Shown: positions 1-8,837 of the stretch, one piece after another
Layout of the letters: each line of letters starts with the position of its first letter
Numbering within the stretch: position 1 is the stretch's first letter
Assembly (NCBI GenBank): GCA_963833095.1
Contig: CAWHWQ010000008.1
Span: 64,001-128,000, forward strand
DNA: 64,000 bases
From: Vulcanimicrobiota bacterium
Lineage (GTDB): Bacteria > Vulcanimicrobiota > Vulcanimicrobiia > Vulcanimicrobiales > Vulcanimicrobiaceae
Reading direction: 5' to 3'
The notes under the pieces: model-generated
Databases searched by the model: none
What the model was told of the DNA's origin: nothing
Seen by the model: the letters and a program-made list of their open reading frames with translations, nothing else
Program-made: the position numbers and the translations under genes

Positions 1-404
1 CAGCGCGCCGAGCCAAAGCTGGCCGCTGTCGACGTGCACCGGGACGACGAGCATCGCGATGAAGGGAAGCGCGATCGTTCGTCCGATTGCGCTGCCGCGC
101 TCGCCGAAATTTCGCAACCAAATCGAGAGTGCGATGCCGGCGCAAAATAGCGCGGCACCGAGGGCGCGGCGCAACGCGGAACGCTACGCCGACAAGCCCG
201 GCCGCAAGCGCGACTGCGGGTAACACGACCAATCCGCGCGCGAGTGCGCGCGGATCGAGGTGCTCGGGGCGGCGCGAGAGTCCAACCGCAAGCGCCGCCG
301 CAAGAATCGCCGGCGACGGATTCACGCCCAGACGAAGACAGATCGCGTACATCACCCCGAAGCTCGCCAGCACGCCGGCGATCGGCAACGAGGGCGCTTT
401 TCAC
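1..404 (-). CDS. Membrane protein, FUSC/aromatic-acid-exporter-like, N-terminal part; runs off the window edge; frameshifted
   Basis: Manual minus-strand translation gives hydrophobic helices (GVLASFGVMYAICL...PAILAAALAVGLSRR...ALFCAGIALSIWLRNFGERG...IALPFIAMLVVPV); GTG start overlaps the MFS stop. Confidence 0.5.
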   Translation of the reverse strand, partial: MKSALVADRRRAGELRGDVRDLSSSGRESVAGDSCGGACGWTLAPPRAPRSARTRARIGRVTRSRACGRACRRSVPRCAAPSVPRYFAPASHSRFGCEISASAAAQSDERSRFPSSRCSSSRCTSTAASFGSAR

Positions 405-1647
405 GCGAAGGCGGGTTCCACGCGCGGATGGCGCGCGATCGCAAGGACGATCGTGCTTGCGACTAAACAGAGGATGCCGCTCGTGATGAAGGCTTGATCG
501 TAGGTGCCCGTCAGCGTGCGCGCCCAGCCGGCGCCGAGCGCAACCGCGCCTGCACCGAGTTGATGCGATGCAGCGATCCATCCGAAGACGACCGGCGCGC
601 GCTCGCGACCGAACGCCGCCGTCGTCAGGCGCAGTGTCGGCGGAACCGTCGCGATCCAATCGAGTCCGTAGAAGACCGCAAATGCGGGCAACCCGATCGC
701 GGCGATACCGAACGCATACGGCAAGAAGATGAGCGAGAGTCCGCGCAGACCGTAGTACCAGAAGAGCAACCAGCGCGCATCGAAACGATCCGAGAGCCAG
801 CCTGACGCGGTCGTGCCGAGGAGATCGAACAAGCCCATCGCCGCGAGCAATCCCGCCGCGTGCGTTTCCGGTATTCCGTGATCGCCGCACGCCGGCACCA
901 AGTGCGTTCCGATCAATCCGTTCGTGCTCGCTCCGCAAATGAAGAACGATCCGGCCAGCAGCCAAAAGGTTCGCGTGCGCGAGGCGCTCGCCGAGCACGC
1001 TAAAGGCTTCGCGAGTGGATTGCGCTTATGCGTCGGCGCGGGCTCGATGACGTCGCCGCCCCAGGGCGGGATGCCGACGTCGACCGGCCGCTCGCGCAGA
1101 AAGAACCAAGCGAACGGAATGAGCGCGAGGGCGACAATAGCGAGAACGATTGCGGAGTTGCGCCAGCCGCCGTGATCGATCAGCACGCCGAACATCGGCA
1201 AAAAGACGAGCTGGCCGGTCGCGTTACCGGCGCTGAAGATGCCGATGACCAGTCCGCGCTGGGTTACGAACCAACGATTGGCAATCGTCGCGCCCATCGC
1301 AAGCGCCAGGCAACCGACGCCGATGCCGGCCGCGGCGCCCAGAGCAGCAGTTGCCAGGCGCTGTCGATTCGCGTGAGCGCAAGCATTGCAGCCGCCAACA
1401 ACGCGATCGCCACAACCGCGGTCTTGCGAACACCGTAACGCTCCATCGCGGCTGCTGCAAACGGTCCGGTGAGACCATAGAGCGCGATCTGCAGTGCCAG
1501 CGCGTTCGAAATGACGCCGTCGCTCCAGCCGAATTCATTTTCGAACGGGCGCACGTACATCGTGGGAACCGAACGAACACCGGCGGCGGCAACCAAAAGT
1601 ACGAACGTGACCCCCGCAACAAGGAGCGGGTAATACGAGCGCTTCAC
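401..1647 (-). CDS. MFS transporter (one frameshift near 1300-1340)
   Basis: ORFs 1264..1647 and 401..1297 join; motif-A-like AAMERYGVRK and GWLSDRFDAR. Confidence 0.85.
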
Positions 1648-1665
1648 AAGCCCTTCAACCCGCGG

Positions 1666-1671
1666 TAGAAT
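1666..1671 (+). promoter_or_regulatory. -10 box of a probable leaderless transcript
   Basis: TAGAAT, 7 nt, then ATG 1679. Confidence 0.5.
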
Positions 1672-1678
1672 CGGCAGG

Positions 1679-3109
1679 ATGCGCGACGCGCGCTGGACAT
1701 CACTCTACGTCCTTTGCATCGGCATGCTGATGATCGTTCTCGATATCACGGTCGCGAACGTCGCTTTGCCGTCTATTCAGCACGATCTCGGGTTTTCCCA
1801 ATCCACCCTCGCGTGGGTGATCAACGCCTATCTCATTGCCTTTGCGGGGTTGCTCCTGCTCTCGGGGCGCTTGGGCGATCTGTTTGGCGGAAAGCGCATT
1901 TTCGTCATCGGTCTCGGCCTTTTCACCGCATCGTCGCTACTCTGCGGAATTGCATGGAGCGCTCCTGCCCTCGTCGCGGCGCGCTTTGCGCAAGGCGTCG
2001 GCGGCGCGATGGCATCGGCGGTGATTCTGGCGATGATCGTGACCGCATTCCCGCAAGCGGGCGAACGCGCGCGAGCGATCGGCGTATTCAGCTTCACCGC
2101 ATCGGCGGGTGGTTCGGTCGGATTGTTGCTGGGTGGTGCGATCACACAAACGCTGGGTTGGCACTGGGCGTTTCTGGTGAACGTACCGATCGGGATCATC
2201 ACGATTGCTCTTGGGCTACGCTATATCGTCGCGCCGCCAGGCATCGGCTGGCGAGAGGGCGCCGACGTTATCGGCGCGGTGACGATCACCGCATCGCTCA
2301 TGCTCGGCGTTTATGCCGTGGTCCAGGTTCCGATGGTTGGAATCGCGTCACCGTCCGTGCTTATCTGCGGCACGCTTTCGCTGCTGCTCTTCGCGACTTT
2401 TCTCGGGCGACAGGTAAGCGCGAAGAAGCCGCTCGTCCCGCTGAGTTTGTTCCGCTCGCGCAACATTGCGGGGGCAAACGTATTGGAGATGCTGCTGAGT
2501 GCCGGGTTATTCGGTTTCTTCTTTCTCGATGCACTTCTGTTGAGGAGAACGCTCAACTACGGCCCGTTTGAAACCGGCCTCGCGTTTTTGCCCCTCACGA
2601 TTACCAGCGGCGCGCTCTCCCTCGGTTGGGCCGAGCGCCTGGTCACGGCGTTTGGCGCGCGCCGCGTGCTTATCGTAGGAAGCGTTCTCGCGTTCGCTGG
2701 ATTGCTGGCGCTCACGCTCGTACCGTCGGACGCTAACTACCTTGCATCGACCTTCCCAGCGATGGTCCTCATTGGTGTCGGGATGGGTGCCGCGTTTCCA
2801 CCGTTGATGATGTTCGCGATGTCCGGCACGACCGAAGCAGACGCCGGCGTCGCATCGGGCGTGCTTGCAACGTCGTCGGAAGTCGGCGGTGCGGTCGGCC
2901 TCGCCATCCTCGCAACCATCGCGACGATCGGCGGTTTTCGCGTGGCCTTCGCGGCGGCCACAGCATGTGTCGCCGTCGCAATCGCGGTAGCAGCAACCGC
3001 GCTCGATCGCGACGCGGCGTCAGATGCCGGTGATAACGAACACCGTCACGATTCCGAGCGCGCAGAGGACCACGACGGCGACGTAAGCGTTGCGTACGGA
3101 GAGCCGTGA
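1679..3109 (+). CDS. DHA2 (EmrB/QacA) MFS efflux transporter
   Basis: LDITVANVALPSIQ, WVINAY, GRLGDLFGGKR, WHWAFLVNVPIG. Confidence 0.92.
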   Translation: MRDARWTSLYVLCIGMLMIVLDITVANVALPSIQHDLGFSQSTLAWVINAYLIAFAGLLLLSGRLGDLFGGKRIFVIGLGLFTASSLLCGIAWSAPALVAARFAQGVGGAMASAVILAMIVTAFPQAGERARAIGVFSFTASAGGSVGLLLGGAITQTLGWHWAFLVNVPIGIITIALGLRYIVAPPGIGWREGADVIGAVTITASLMLGVYAVVQVPMVGIASPSVLICGTLSLLLFATFLGRQVSAKKPLVPLSLFRSRNIAGANVLEMLLSAGLFGFFFLDALLLRRTLNYGPFETGLAFLPLTITSGALSLGWAERLVTAFGARRVLIVGSVLAFAGLLALTLVPSDANYLASTFPAMVLIGVGMGAAFPPLMMFAMSGTTEADAGVASGVLATSSEVGGAVGLAILATIATIGGFRVAFAAATACVAVAIAVAATALDRDAASDAGDNEHRHDSERAEDHDGDVSVAYGEP

Positions 3110-3367
3110 TTCTTGACCTTGGACCAACGCTCGCTCAACCGAAGCGTAGCGGTAGCCGCCGAAGATCGCAATCGCGATGCCCGCGAAGATCATGAGTATT
3201 CCCAGAGTTGCCGAGATTGGGCTCGCATGCTCGTCCACGCCTTTATTCGCCGCTAACTCGCGTACGAAGAGGCCGAAGCGCGCAACGACGAAGCCGAAGC
3301 CAATCGCTGCAAATGCGGTTCGAAGATAGGCGAGAAAGGTGCGCTCGTTAGCGAGCTGATCTCTCAC
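3020..3367 (-). CDS. YidH/DUF202 family membrane protein
   Basis: RDQLANERTFLAYLRT signature and 3 TM segments. Confidence 0.9.
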   Translation of the reverse strand: MRDQLANERTFLAYLRTAFAAIGFGFVVARFGLFVRELAANKGVDEHASPISATLGILMIFAGIAIAIFGGYRYASVERALVQGQESRLSVRNAYVAVVVLCALGIVTVFVITGI

Positions 3368-3741
3368 GTTACGGTGTTCGTCAGCGCATCGAGCGCGTGA
3401 TCCATCGCTTCAATGCGCGCATCCATTCCGGTCACGCCGTACCGCGAGGCGATCTCCGACATCGGCACGTAGGTGACGTTCACGCTTTTGCCGTCTTCCC
3501 ACACCAGCAGTTTGAGCGGAAGATCGAGCGCAACCAGTGGGAACGCGTCCATGAGCGGCGTTCCGCCCTTGGGATTTCCAAAGACGATCAGCGTCGTCGG
3601 CCGCAGCGTCATACCAACGCCTTGCGCGGCTGCGGCTTGATCGATCGTCGCGAAGATCGTGTTGCCGCCCGCGACGATCGCCGTCGAAAGCTGCGTCACC
3701 GTCTCCGCGAATGCGCGGCGGCTCTGCTTGGTCGTAGCCAT
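3364..3741 (-). CDS. DUF302 domain protein
   Basis: IFATIDQ...LIVFGNPKGGTPLM...ALDLPLKLLVWE; ATG 3741 coupled to the upstream stop. Confidence 0.9.
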   Translation of the reverse strand: MATTKQSRRAFAETVTQLSTAIVAGGNTIFATIDQAAAAQGVGMTLRPTTLIVFGNPKGGTPLMDAFPLVALDLPLKLLVWEDGKSVNVTYVPMSEIASRYGVTGMDARIEAMDHALDALTNTVT

Positions 3742-4058
3742 TAGTTCTTGATCGTGACTCGAAAAACGTTCGGCTTTTCTCGCTGCAGCGTGCAGACGTT
3801 CTCTTTGTTCACCGCCAACCGCGCTTCCCAGACGTCGCTGCTGGGCCACATCGAGAGCTGGCAATACCCTTTTCCCGGCCCCCTCACGTTGGGCGCGATA
3901 CTCCAGCTCCCGCTGCCCGAGCAGAGATTCTGCCCCTGGGCGTTGGTGACGCAGGGGCCCGTGAACGGATTCACCGAGGGCGTAACCTGCGCATTCGTAC
4001 CGTGGACGACGAGATAACCATACGTGAGTGCAGCGATAAGAAGTGAATGCATCCACAT
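3741..4058 (-). CDS. Small putatively exported protein with 4 Cys
   Basis: Fills the gap between SDR and DUF302 on the same strand; hydrophobic N-terminus. Confidence 0.55.
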   Translation of the reverse strand: MWMHSLLIAALTYGYLVVHGTNAQVTPSVNPFTGPCVTNAQGQNLCSGSGSWSIAPNVRGPGKGYCQLSMWPSSDVWEARLAVNKENVCTLQREKPNVFRVTIKN

Positions 4059-4074
4059 GGGGTTCAATTGCGGC

Positions 4075-5001
4075 TTACACGTTCACCTGTTGCTCGAAGT
4101 AGGTGCCTTGCTCGAGGTCTTGCAGCAGCGTCCGGTGTGTCGGATTCCATCCGAGCCGTTCGCGCGTAAGGCGGCTCGAATTCGGAGCGTCCATCGCAAC
4201 GAAGCGCCCCATGCGTCCGAAGTGCTCATCGGCTTCCTCGGCGGGCACCGAGACGATAGGCAGGTTCAGGTTTTTTCCGATCGCAATAGCGATATCGCGA
4301 AACGGGACGCCCTCCTCGGCTGATCCGTGAAGCCGCGAACCAGCTGCCGCTTTTTCAAGTGCCAAGCGGAAGAGCACGGCGGCGTCGAGCCGATGCACTG
4401 CGGGCCAGCGGTTTGATCCGTCACCCACATACGCTGAGGTACCCTTGGCGCGGGCTATGCCGATCAAGCCGGGGACGAAGCCCTTATCGCCGTCGCCGTG
4501 GACCGATGGGGGAAGGCGCACGACCGACGAGCGAACGCCGGTCCCCGCCATCGCCAAGGTTACGACTTCCGATGCGTTGCGAGGCGACGCCGGATCGCCC
4601 GCGTCGTCTTCGGTTCCCAGCCGCCCGGGTGTCAGGCCCAGGAGTCCCGAGGTGATGACCAGCGGACGATTGGACCCGGCCAGCACTTCGCCCATCGCCT
4701 CGATCGCGCGCCGATCCGCTTCGGCCGCTGCCATAAACAAGGCGAAGAAATCGCCGTCCGCGGCATGCAGCCAGTCATGGTTGTATCCGGCGTGAATCAC
4801 GCCGTCGGATGCCTGCGCGCCACGTTTGAGGCTGTCAAGATCCTCGAGCGGGCCGCGTTGCACAGCGACCCCCTTGGCCTCAAGCGCCGCGGCGGAAGCA
4901 TCCGAGCGAGCAAGACCGACCACGTGGTGCCCCGCACCGGTTAATTCATTCACGATGGCCGAGCCGATAAATCCGGTCGCGCCGGTTACAAAAACTCTCA
5001 T
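4075..5001 (-). CDS. NAD-dependent epimerase/SDR oxidoreductase
   Basis: VFVTGATGFIG Rossmann motif; VRLPPSVHG; WPAVHRLDAA. Confidence 0.92.
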   Translation of the reverse strand: MRVFVTGATGFIGSAIVNELTGAGHHVVGLARSDASAAALEAKGVAVQRGPLEDLDSLKRGAQASDGVIHAGYNHDWLHAADGDFFALFMAAAEADRRAIEAMGEVLAGSNRPLVITSGLLGLTPGRLGTEDDAGDPASPRNASEVVTLAMAGTGVRSSVVRLPPSVHGDGDKGFVPGLIGIARAKGTSAYVGDGSNRWPAVHRLDAAVLFRLALEKAAAGSRLHGSAEEGVPFRDIAIAIGKNLNLPIVSVPAEEADEHFGRMGRFVAMDAPNSSRLTRERLGWNPTHRTLLQDLEQGTYFEQQVNV

Positions 5002-5046
5002 GAGCGCTATGCTAGAGCCTTATCGTGGTAACGAAAAGCCGTGGGG

Positions 5047-5060
5047 TTATACCGGTATAA
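5047..5060. promoter_or_regulatory. Perfect 14-bp palindrome, putative operator overlapping TATAAT
   Basis: TTATACCGGTATAA between the divergent SDR and regulator genes. Confidence 0.55.
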
Positions 5061-5905
5061 TGATTAACAGGCAGAGCGCGGTGCCGGAGCAGGAAGAGAA
5101 TCTGCTTGGGAATTTCTTGAAGGATCGCCGCACCAAGCTCGATGCCGCTCGCTTCGGCTATGCGTCGACGAGAAGGCGTACGCCCGGCTTACGGCGCGAA
5201 GAAGTTGCGCAGCGCGCCGGCGTGAGCACCACCTGGTATACGTGGCTGGAGCAAGGGCGCGGCGGAGCACCCTCCGCCGATGTGCTCGAACGACTGGCTG
5301 ATGCGCTCGCGCTGAGCGAGGTCGAGCGCGAGCATCTTTTCTTGCTCGCGCAAAACCGGCCGCCGGAAGTGCGTCATCACGACGTCGAAGCCGTTTCGCC
5401 GCAACTGCAGCGCATTCTCGACGCGATGGAGTATAGCGCCGCGTACATCAAAACAGCGGAATGGGACATCCTTGCTTGGAATCGCGCGGCCACCGTCGTG
5501 TTTCGCGACTTGATGGCGCTTCCGGACGATCAGCGCAATCTCTTGCGCGTGGTCTTCGATCCGCGCGCTCGAGCGGCGATACTCCACTGGGAAAGCGTCG
5601 CACAATTCGTAGTAGCGACATTCCGAACCGAAATTGCGAGAATCGGGGTCTCCGCGCGCGCCAAGGCGCTGATCGATGAGTTACATCTATCGTCCGCGGA
5701 ATTTCGAGCATTGTGGCGCAGCCATGACATCCGCGCGCACGGCGAAGGAACGAAATACATTGCGCATCCGACCGCCGGATTGGTCACCTTCGAATATTCG
5801 GCTTTTGCAATCGACGGTCAACCACAGCTGAGCATGATCGTCTACAACCCGGCGACACCGAAGGATAAAGCCGCCGTTGCAGCGCTCATCGAAGCGCTAC
5901 CGTAA
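5060..5905 (+). CDS. XRE/MmyB-like transcriptional regulator (start 5060 or GTG 5081)
   Basis: RRRTPGLRREEVAQRAGVSTTWYTWLEQGR and a C-terminal MmyB ligand-binding domain. Confidence 0.92.
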   Translation: MINRQSAVPEQEENLLGNFLKDRRTKLDAARFGYASTRRRTPGLRREEVAQRAGVSTTWYTWLEQGRGGAPSADVLERLADALALSEVEREHLFLLAQNRPPEVRHHDVEAVSPQLQRILDAMEYSAAYIKTAEWDILAWNRAATVVFRDLMALPDDQRNLLRVVFDPRARAAILHWESVAQFVVATFRTEIARIGVSARAKALIDELHLSSAEFRALWRSHDIRAHGEGTKYIAHPTAGLVTFEYSAFAIDGQPQLSMIVYNPATPKDKAAVAALIEALP

Positions 5906-5911
5906 CCACCG

Positions 5912-6550
5912 TTACTTACACTTCGTATCGCCGGAGAACATCCCGGCAACACATTCTTCGTTGCGCTGCATCGCTTGGGCCGCGGCGTTAATCTCGTGAT
6001 TCAGCTGGGCCAATGACTGGAGCGTCTCACTTAGCCGCGTCACCGCGCGATCGCGATGGACGCCAAAATCACCGCGCGCTGTTTGCACCTCGTCGCTCAA
6101 CGCAGCGAGCCTCGTCTGATAAGCACGCATTGCTGAGGCCCCCGCTTCGATGGCGCCAAAATTCCAACTCTGCTGGCCGCTTTTTCGCAGCATCCCCATA
6201 TTCATCTGAGGCAGTACCTGCTCGTTCGGCGCGTTGTATTGCGAGGATGCGGATATCGCTTGGAGCGCCTGGTGAAGTTCGTGCAGTGCGGCGCGCATGT
6301 TGTCGCTCGTGCGCTGCAAGCTAGCGTTGACTTGCGTTCCGGCCTGACCTCGAAGGTGAACGGCGATTTCCGAACCGGTCGTCTCGATCTGCCCGCCCAC
6401 TTGAGCGATTTCACTGGTGAGTCGGTCAAAATTTGCGGCATTCGCGGCAGACGCCGCGGGGTCGGTCTTCATGTCCGCCGCGCAAGTCGGCACCGGGACA
6501 AAGAATGCGGCTATGGCCAGCACACCAACGAAAAGATAAAGAGGCTTCAT
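5912..6550 (-). CDS. Signal peptide + CFP-10(EsxB)-like + ESAT-6(EsxA)-like fusion protein
   Basis: ADMKTD..NFDR..RGQAGT..QY..MG followed by QQSWNFGAIEAGASA..AQAM..VAGMF; ATG overlaps the upstream TGA (ATGA). Confidence 0.8.
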   Translation of the reverse strand: MKPLYLFVGVLAIAAFFVPVPTCAADMKTDPAASAANAANFDRLTSEIAQVGGQIETTGSEIAVHLRGQAGTQVNASLQRTSDNMRAALHELHQALQAISASSQYNAPNEQVLPQMNMGMLRKSGQQSWNFGAIEAGASAMRAYQTRLAALSDEVQTARGDFGVHRDRAVTRLSETLQSLAQLNHEINAAAQAMQRNEECVAGMFSGDTKCK

Positions 6551-7581
6551 GCCGCTCGGTTGACCGTAAGGCGCTCGTCGACCAGCGCGACGATTTCGTC
6601 GACGACGTCGGACTGCATGCCTTTTTGCGCGGCGAGCGACTGCACGAGGCGATCGACGCGCTCGATGTTCTTTGCGCCGGCGTAGAGCGCGCGCGCGGCC
6701 GAAGCGGGCTTCACGAGAATGTCGGCGGCGTTTGCGTACTTCTCGAAGGGCACAAGGTCGTCGCGCGAAGCGCCGAGCGCTACGCACAGATCGGCTACCC
6801 AGGCGTACACAGCGCCTGATGCATCGCGATCGCTGTGCACGGCATCGCGGATCGAGCGCGCATCGCCCTTTTGTATGCAGCGATAGTTGCCGGTCATGAG
6901 CATCGCCCATTTCGCCATCGGCACGTAGATCGAGTCGTACACCTTCAGCTTCACCGGAAGGCCGACGGCATCTACGGCCGTTTCGAGATCGCGAAGCATC
7001 TGCGTGCGCGCATCAGATTCAAATCGCGCCGCTTTGAAGTTTGTCGGCAGCGTTACTTGCAGCACGTTGATCGGTTCGTCAGGGGGGCGGAACGCTTGAG
7101 GATCCGGGCTACACACCGTGATGTTTGCCGCGTCAAAGTGCTGCCACACGCTCGGATCGGTATAGCACCGTTCGAGCGCGCTTGCATCGACGCCGGGCAC
7201 GCGCTTGAAATACGGTAGCGGCGGCATATTCATGATCGCCATGCATGCGACGCCGGCTTTAGCGGTTGCGCCCAAGAGCTCGCGTACACCCGGCGATCCG
7301 TACTGCGGCTCTTGCATCGCCAGCACAACGAGATCGTACTTGCTTGGATCGACGTCGTTCGGGCCGGCAGCGCGAAGCGTGCCGGGCGCGTTGCGCGTAT
7401 CGATCTCGACCAATGTCTCGCGCCCTTTGACCGGAACCCGGAGCACCACGCCGTCGCGATTGATCGCCTCCACTTCGGTGGGCAGGCACACGAGTGTAAC
7501 GTCCTGGCCGGCAAGCGCCAACTTCGCGCCTAGCAACGAGCCATACGATGCACCAAAGACGAGGACGTTATAACGCTTCAC
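6547..7581 (-). CDS. Ketopantoate-reductase-like (PanE/ApbA N-terminal fold) oxidoreductase
   Basis: VLVFGASYGSLLG...DLVVLAMQEPQY; GTG start at 7581. Confidence 0.7.
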   Translation of the reverse strand: MKRYNVLVFGASYGSLLGAKLALAGQDVTLVCLPTEVEAINRDGVVLRVPVKGRETLVEIDTRNAPGTLRAAGPNDVDPSKYDLVVLAMQEPQYGSPGVRELLGATAKAGVACMAIMNMPPLPYFKRVPGVDASALERCYTDPSVWQHFDAANITVCSPDPQAFRPPDEPINVLQVTLPTNFKAARFESDARTQMLRDLETAVDAVGLPVKLKVYDSIYVPMAKWAMLMTGNYRCIQKGDARSIRDAVHSDRDASGAVYAWVADLCVALGASRDDLVPFEKYANAADILVKPASAARALYAGAKNIERVDRLVQSLAAQKGMQSDVVDEIVALVDERLTVNRAA

Positions 7582-7627
7582 ACGACCCCCAAAAACTTGG
7601 CCTTGGATCTTTGAAAACTTGAAAACG

Positions 7628-7714
7628 TGGTGCCCAGGAAGGGACTCGAACCCCCACGATGTTGCCACCGCCAGCACCTGAAGCTGGTGCGTCTACCAAT
7701 TCCGCCACCTGGGC
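7628..7714 (-). tRNA. tRNA-Leu(CAG)
   Basis: GCCCAGG acceptor stem, CCAGC-TTCAGGT-GCTGG anticodon arm, long variable arm, GGTTCGAGTCC T-loop, encoded CCA. Confidence 0.97.
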
Positions 7715-7843
7715 TTGTTGCCACAGCGCTTCGCGCCGCCGCCATCCTGGCTTGGCAACTGCACCCACTTCGTGTGGGCGCACATTGCGGCCCGCTCTCG
7801 TTCGTGAAACCGGGCGATTGTCCTCGGGGTTTGCGGATGGGCA

Positions 7844-8837
7844 ATGCCCCAACTCAGACTAATCTCGCACGACGAAGCTACCCTTCGGGGCGCGCTTTCG
7901 CTCGCACCTCAAGACAGTGACGATATCCTAGACCCGTACTCGCAGGCGGTGACCACTGCCGCCGAGCGCGTTAGTCCCTCGGTCGTCGCCATCGAAGTCC
8001 ACTCCGGCCGCCATGGCGGTAACGGCTCCGGCTTCGTCTTTACGCCCGACGGTTTCGTCCTCACCAACAGTCACGTCGTTCATGAGGCCGATCACATCTC
8101 GGTCGGATTGCTCGACGGACGGGAACTCTCGGCAACGTTAATCGGCGAGGATCCGCATACCGATCTTGCGGTGCTGCGTGTCGATGCGCCCGAACTCGTA
8201 CCGGCAGCGCTCGGGGATTCGTCGCGCTTGCGCCCCGGGCAACTCGTGGTAGCGGTCGGCAATCCGCTCGGCCTGGCCTATACTGTAACCGCCGGCGTCA
8301 TCAGCGCGCTTGGCCGGTCTCTCCGTTCGCAATCGGGACGACTCATGGACAACATCATTCAAACCGATGCCGCCCTAAATCCCGGGAACTCCGGCGGTCC
8401 GCTGGTGACGTCCAACGGTGAGCGTGATCGGTGTGAACACCGCGGTTATGCCGGGTCAAGGGTTGTGCTTCGCGATCGCGATCAACACCGCGAAGCACAT
8501 TGCCGGACTCTTAATCCGTCACGGCAAAGTGCGGCGCGGCTATTTCGGTATCGCCGGGCAAGACATCACGCTCGCGGCCTCCGCGGCGCGTCGCTTCATG
8601 CTCACCGATCCCCGCGGCGTGTTGGTCGATTCGGTGGAGCCAGGTAGTCCGGCTGATACCGCGCGTTTGCGCGCGGGTGACGTGCTGCTCGCAATCGAAG
8701 GCGAACGCATCGTGGGAGTGGACGATTTGCACAAGCGCCTTACCTCGATCGATCTCAGCCGTCCGTACAAACTCGATATCTTGCGCAAAGGCGAACGTCA
8801 CGCGCCGATAATCTTACCCGTCGAATCACCAGAATGA
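7844..8837 (+). CDS. HtrA/DegP-like serine protease with PDZ domain, no signal peptide (frameshift near 8418)
   Basis: [19 protein letters not shown] catalytic motifs; PDZ in ORF 8418..8837. Confidence 0.92.

Noticed and set aside
5912..6910. 332-aa version of the Esx-like ORF
   Set aside because: The Arg-rich extension is an alternative frame of the upstream gene; the start at 6550 gives an ATGA overlap and a signal peptide
7852..7868. ACTCAG-N5-TCTCGC as a third response-regulator box at htrA
   Set aside because: Too degenerate and inside the coding sequence
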